DNA of 64,000 nucleotides from Octopus vulgaris (Eukaryota), in the NCBI GenBank assembly GCA_951406725.2, contig OX597833.1, positions 59,892,001 to 59,956,000 of the forward strand. Reading direction: 5' to 3'. Made by a program: the position numbers and the translations under genes. The notes under the pieces were generated by a model that made no database searches, was not told where the DNA came from, and was given only the letters and a program-made list of their open reading frames with translations. Below are positions 60,377 to 64,000 of the stretch, piece by piece; position 1 is the stretch's first letter, and each line of letters starts with the position of its first letter.

Positions 60377-60944
60377 ATTACATCTTCCTCGTAGTCTTGG
60401 CTCCTCCATGTCCTCAAACTTGGTTCAGTCACCATGGCCACATGTTCTTGAATTTGGTTCAGTTGCCATGACGACACATTCCTCTTGTTGCTTGTTCACC
60501 AATGATGACGACCACATGTTACCTCAACTAACACATTCCTAATCTTTTACCGACTAATCCTCCATGTTGCCAGTTTGTTACCTGTCACAGCTACATGTGA
60601 TTAGTGATGGAGTGAAAGCTAAGTGTTAATGAGTAAACAAATATAGCCACATGTTTAGTTTTGAGTGAGACCAGAACTGACAAGGCTTTAAGACCTACTT
60701 TTACATTGTATCGGTTGGATGGATGTTTGAAGTAACTGAGCTCATATTAACCGTTTTGAAACCAACCTGAAACTACTTCCAGTTCTAAGATACAAACATC
60801 CTGTTTTAAAGTGCTCTAAATTAAAACCGTTCATCAAGGTTACATGATAATTTATATTCCAAACACCAGCTTAACACTTTGGCATTCAGATTATTGTCAA
60901 ATGTAAAACTTATTTGTTCACAGAGTAATTATAACAGAGTAAAT

Positions 60945-61353
60945 TATACTCCTCCTCAGCTGTCTATCTGGGGATCCTCATAGTTTTGTCACCTTAGAAC
61001 AGTACTGCTAGCCCTAATGGTGTCAACAATTATCAGGTGTAGTTGTTAGAGATTGGTACAGATGAGATGAAACGAAACAAAAAGAGACGGAAAGTTACAG
61101 TTAAGCCTTAGCAATTTGCACAATGAAAATTAAAATATTAGTCTTTTATACTCCTCCTCAGCTGTCAATCTGGGGATCCTCATAGTTTTGTCACCTTAGA
61201 ACAGTACTGCTAGCCCTAATGGTGTCAACAATTATCGGGTGTAGTTGTTAGAGATTGGTACAGATGAGATGAAACGAAACAAAAAGAGATGGAAAGTTAC
61301 AGTTAAGCCTTACTTAGCAACTTGCACAATGAAAATTAAAATATTAGTCTTTT
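60945..61353. repeat. Tandem duplication of about 202 bp
   Basis: tatactcctcctcagctgtc at 60945 and 61147, with few differences between copies. Confidence 0.95.
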
Positions 61354-61789
61354 ACAATGAAAATAAAATAATATAAAAAGATACACGGAACAGTAGGATA
61401 CATGCGCAATTGTTAGTCCTTGAAGAAATGGGTGGAACACCAGAGAGATGGGGAACTGAAGTGAGACAGAATGCCGACAAGCCAGAGTGTAGGAGGTTGC
61501 ATGATGAGAATGGAAGAAGATAAAATAGAAAGGAGAGAGGCAGAAGAGTAGAGAGAAATAGAGAAAAAAAAAATAAGGTCACGATAATTTAAACAAGATC
61601 TTGATATGTAGGGAAACATGACCATGTGCATATCTAACTCACTTCTGTTCCCAGCATGCAACTTCTTTACTTTGGTTTTTCAGCTTTCTTCGTCACTTCA
61701 CCTCTCTCGGAGAACAGGCTGATTTTGCCATCTTTCTGCCACATGTAATCTCTGCCAGCAGTAAATTTTGCCACATGGTCATGACGTTT

Positions 61790-62025
61790 CTGATGAAGTA
61801 GGAGACATCTGTATAAGTTTGTGTCTCGCGAGTTTAAAAGTTGCATCGCATTGCTGCAATATTTCCGTCACATCAAACAGATGAACAAAAAGAGAAATGA
61901 AAGACAATCAGTCGGGAGTTTGATCAGTGAGATGTTTATGGAAACTTCCTAGTAAATGTCATAACAGGTACAGAACCATCGGTATATGGCTACAATGTTG
62001 AAACAAAACAGCAGTCATTGTAATG
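61790..62025 (+). mobile_element. Mariner transposase fossil
   Basis: RIAA..TDEQK..FLVNVITGTEPSVYGYNVETKQQS, matching the ITGDETWVYGYD.ETK.QS motif. Confidence 0.8.
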
Positions 62026-62090
62026 TATTGTATGATTGTTAGATTTGTTCACAGATGATGATTTTCACAGATCACACTTACACAATATAT

Positions 62091-62323
62091 ATTTCTTTAC
62101 TACTCACATGGGGCTAAACACAGAGGGGACAAACAAGGACAGATAAACGGATTAAGTCGATTACATTGACCCTCAGTGCATAACTGGTACTTAATTTATC
62201 GACCCCGAAAGGATGAAAGGCAAAGTCGACCTTGACGGAATTTGAACTCAGAACGTAACGGCAGACGAAATACGGCTACGCATTTCGCCCGGCGTGCTAA
62301 CGTTTCTGCCAGCTCGCCGCCTT
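62091..62323 (-). mobile_element. Family B SINE monomer
   Basis: Full head and tail; TSD-like tacacaatata on both sides. Confidence 0.9.
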
Positions 62324-62353
62324 GCGTACACTTACACAATATAATTGTCATCT

Positions 62354-62753
62354 AAGGCGGCGAGCTGGCAGAAATGTTAGCCTGCCGGGCAAAATGCTTA
62401 GCAGTATTTCGTCTGCCGTTACGTTCTGAGTTCAAATTCTGCTGAGGTCGACTTTGCCTTTCATCCTTTCGGGGTTGATAAATTAAGTACCAGTTACGCA
62501 CTGGGGTTGATGTAATCGACTTAATCCCTTTGTCTGTCCTTGTTTATCCACTTGTTTAACCCCTTGTGGGTAGTAAAGAAATTGGTATTTCACCTGTCTT
62601 TACATTCCGAGTTTAAATTCCGCGAAGGTCGACTTTGTCTTTCATCCTTTTGGGGGTCAATAAATTAAGTACCACTTGCATACTGGGGTCGTTCTAATCG
62701 ACTGGCCCCCTCCCCAAACAATTTCGGACCTTGTGCCTGGAGCAGAAAAAAAA
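62354..62753 (+). mobile_element. Family B SINE dimer with two different tails
   Basis: Junction gaaattggtatttc (62578); TSD TATA(A/G)TTGTCATCT (62340-62353, 62754-62767). Confidence 0.88.
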
Positions 62754-63137
62754 TATAGTTGTCATCTGTTGTCTTGGAAGATTGTCCAGATTTGAGAATA
62801 TCTTCAGTGAATGTTTCTGATATGAAACACTCCATAGTTCAAACAATCTTCCCCATTGGCCTGTTGCAACATTACAACAGTCTCCCTAAACGTTTTTCCT
62901 AATTTCAGTCTGTATTTCACTTCAATATGTTGCTCTGCCTTGTTCAACTTGTGACATAGGGCTAAATGTATTAAACTTAGGTTTGATCTATCATGATTTC
63001 AACTGATGCCGTGCAATGTCGTTATTATCAAACTAAAGATTGTCACAGCACTGCAATCGTAAGCATTCTGTACCGAGTAATTGGTGTATTTCAAAAAGAA
63101 TTTTTTTTTTTGGCGGGGTATCAGACAGACCCCATAT

Positions 63138-63306
63138 CATCAGTTTACCCTTGTTATTCCATGTTTTTACATGTGTTAGGCAGACCCTCTCCAATACGGC
63201 ATCCTGCCATTTGTTTCATTACTTTGTTACCTCCCTTGTGAGGTTCAGCTTCCCAAGATCAGCTTTCATCACTTCTACCCCTGTCTTCCTTGATCTTCCT
63301 TTTCCA
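63138..63306 (-). mobile_element. RTE LINE extreme 3' end
   Basis: GKGRSRKTGVEVMKADLGKLNLTREVT..W.DAVLE (GRPRKTW motif), followed by a D-like tail. Confidence 0.7.
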
Positions 63307-63562
63307 TTGTCCTCACCACTCGAATCTCCTACCACTTCTTCATCCATCCATCCATCCATACGTGCTGTTTCTTTTGCTCTCTACAACTGATTCCTCTTGT
63401 ATTCAGTTTCTCTCTCAGCTCATTACGTACAGTTCATGTACGTAAACACATCCAATAACTCATGCCTGTCTTGTTTATTTTCAACCTTCCCACACCCTTT
63501 GCATGCAGTGCTCATGTCCTACCACCATGCAACATCACAGTTCATACACAAGCATCATACCT

Positions 63563-64000
63563 TTTTCTTTATTACCCACAAGGGGCTAAACACAGAGGGG
63601 ACAAACAAGGACAGACATAGGTATTAATTCGATTACATCGACCCCAGTGCGTAACTGGTACTTAATTTATCGACCCCGAGAGGATGAAAGGCAATGTCGA
63701 CCTCGGCGGAATTTGAACTCACAACGTAACGCAGACAAAATACCCATTTCTTTATTACCCACAAGGGGCTAAACATAGAAGGGACAAACAAGGACAGACA
63801 TAGGTATTAAGTCGATTACATCGACCCCAGTGCGTAACTGGTTCTTAATTTATCGACCCCGAAAGGATGAAAGGCAAAGTCAACCTCGGCAGAATTCGAA
63901 CTCACAACGTAACACAGACGAAATACCTATTTCTTTATTACCCACAAGGGGCTAAACACAGAGAGGACAAACAAGGACAGACATAGGTATTAAGTCGATT
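63563..64000 (-). mobile_element. Tandem array of at least three 5'-truncated family B units, period about 184 bp, running off the window end
   Basis: tttctttattacccacaaggggctaaac at 63563, 63747 and 63930. Confidence 0.92.

Noticed and set aside
61790-61840. CTGATGAA followed by a GAGAC/GTCTC stem
   Set aside because: No GAAA after the stem; lies within the mariner fossil

Overview
Eukaryotic, AT-rich, repeat-dominated window. It is most likely from an octopus (coleoid cephalopod), inferred from the tRNA-headed SINE families and the very dense (TA)n/(CA)n microsatellites. No intact protein-coding gene is recognisable, and almost all supplied ORFs are artefacts of microsatellites, minisatellites or SINEs. 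The window holds four abundant short retroposon families (labelled A-D here). It also holds decayed CR1, RTE, L1/Tx1-like and Penelope-like (PLE) retroelements, decayed mariner and Tigger transposons, piggyBac- and hAT-type MITEs with clear TSDs, a Helentron-like element, and several tandem arrays, two with higher-order structure. Five signals stand out. (1) Minimal hammerhead-ribozyme motifs and fold-back palindromes sit in short elements that are all embedded in (TA)n tracts, together with a SINE-shattered PLE fossil carrying a CxCx5C/GIY-YIG endonuclease. (2) Family B SINEs moved as TSD-flanked dimers. (3) SINE tails match LINE 3' ends within the window. (4) Unique DNA contains three identical perfect CArG boxes plus MEF2 and TEAD sites. 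(5) There are weak candidate exons of a plus-strand host gene. All calls were made by eye with no database search, and boundaries of old repeats are approximate.
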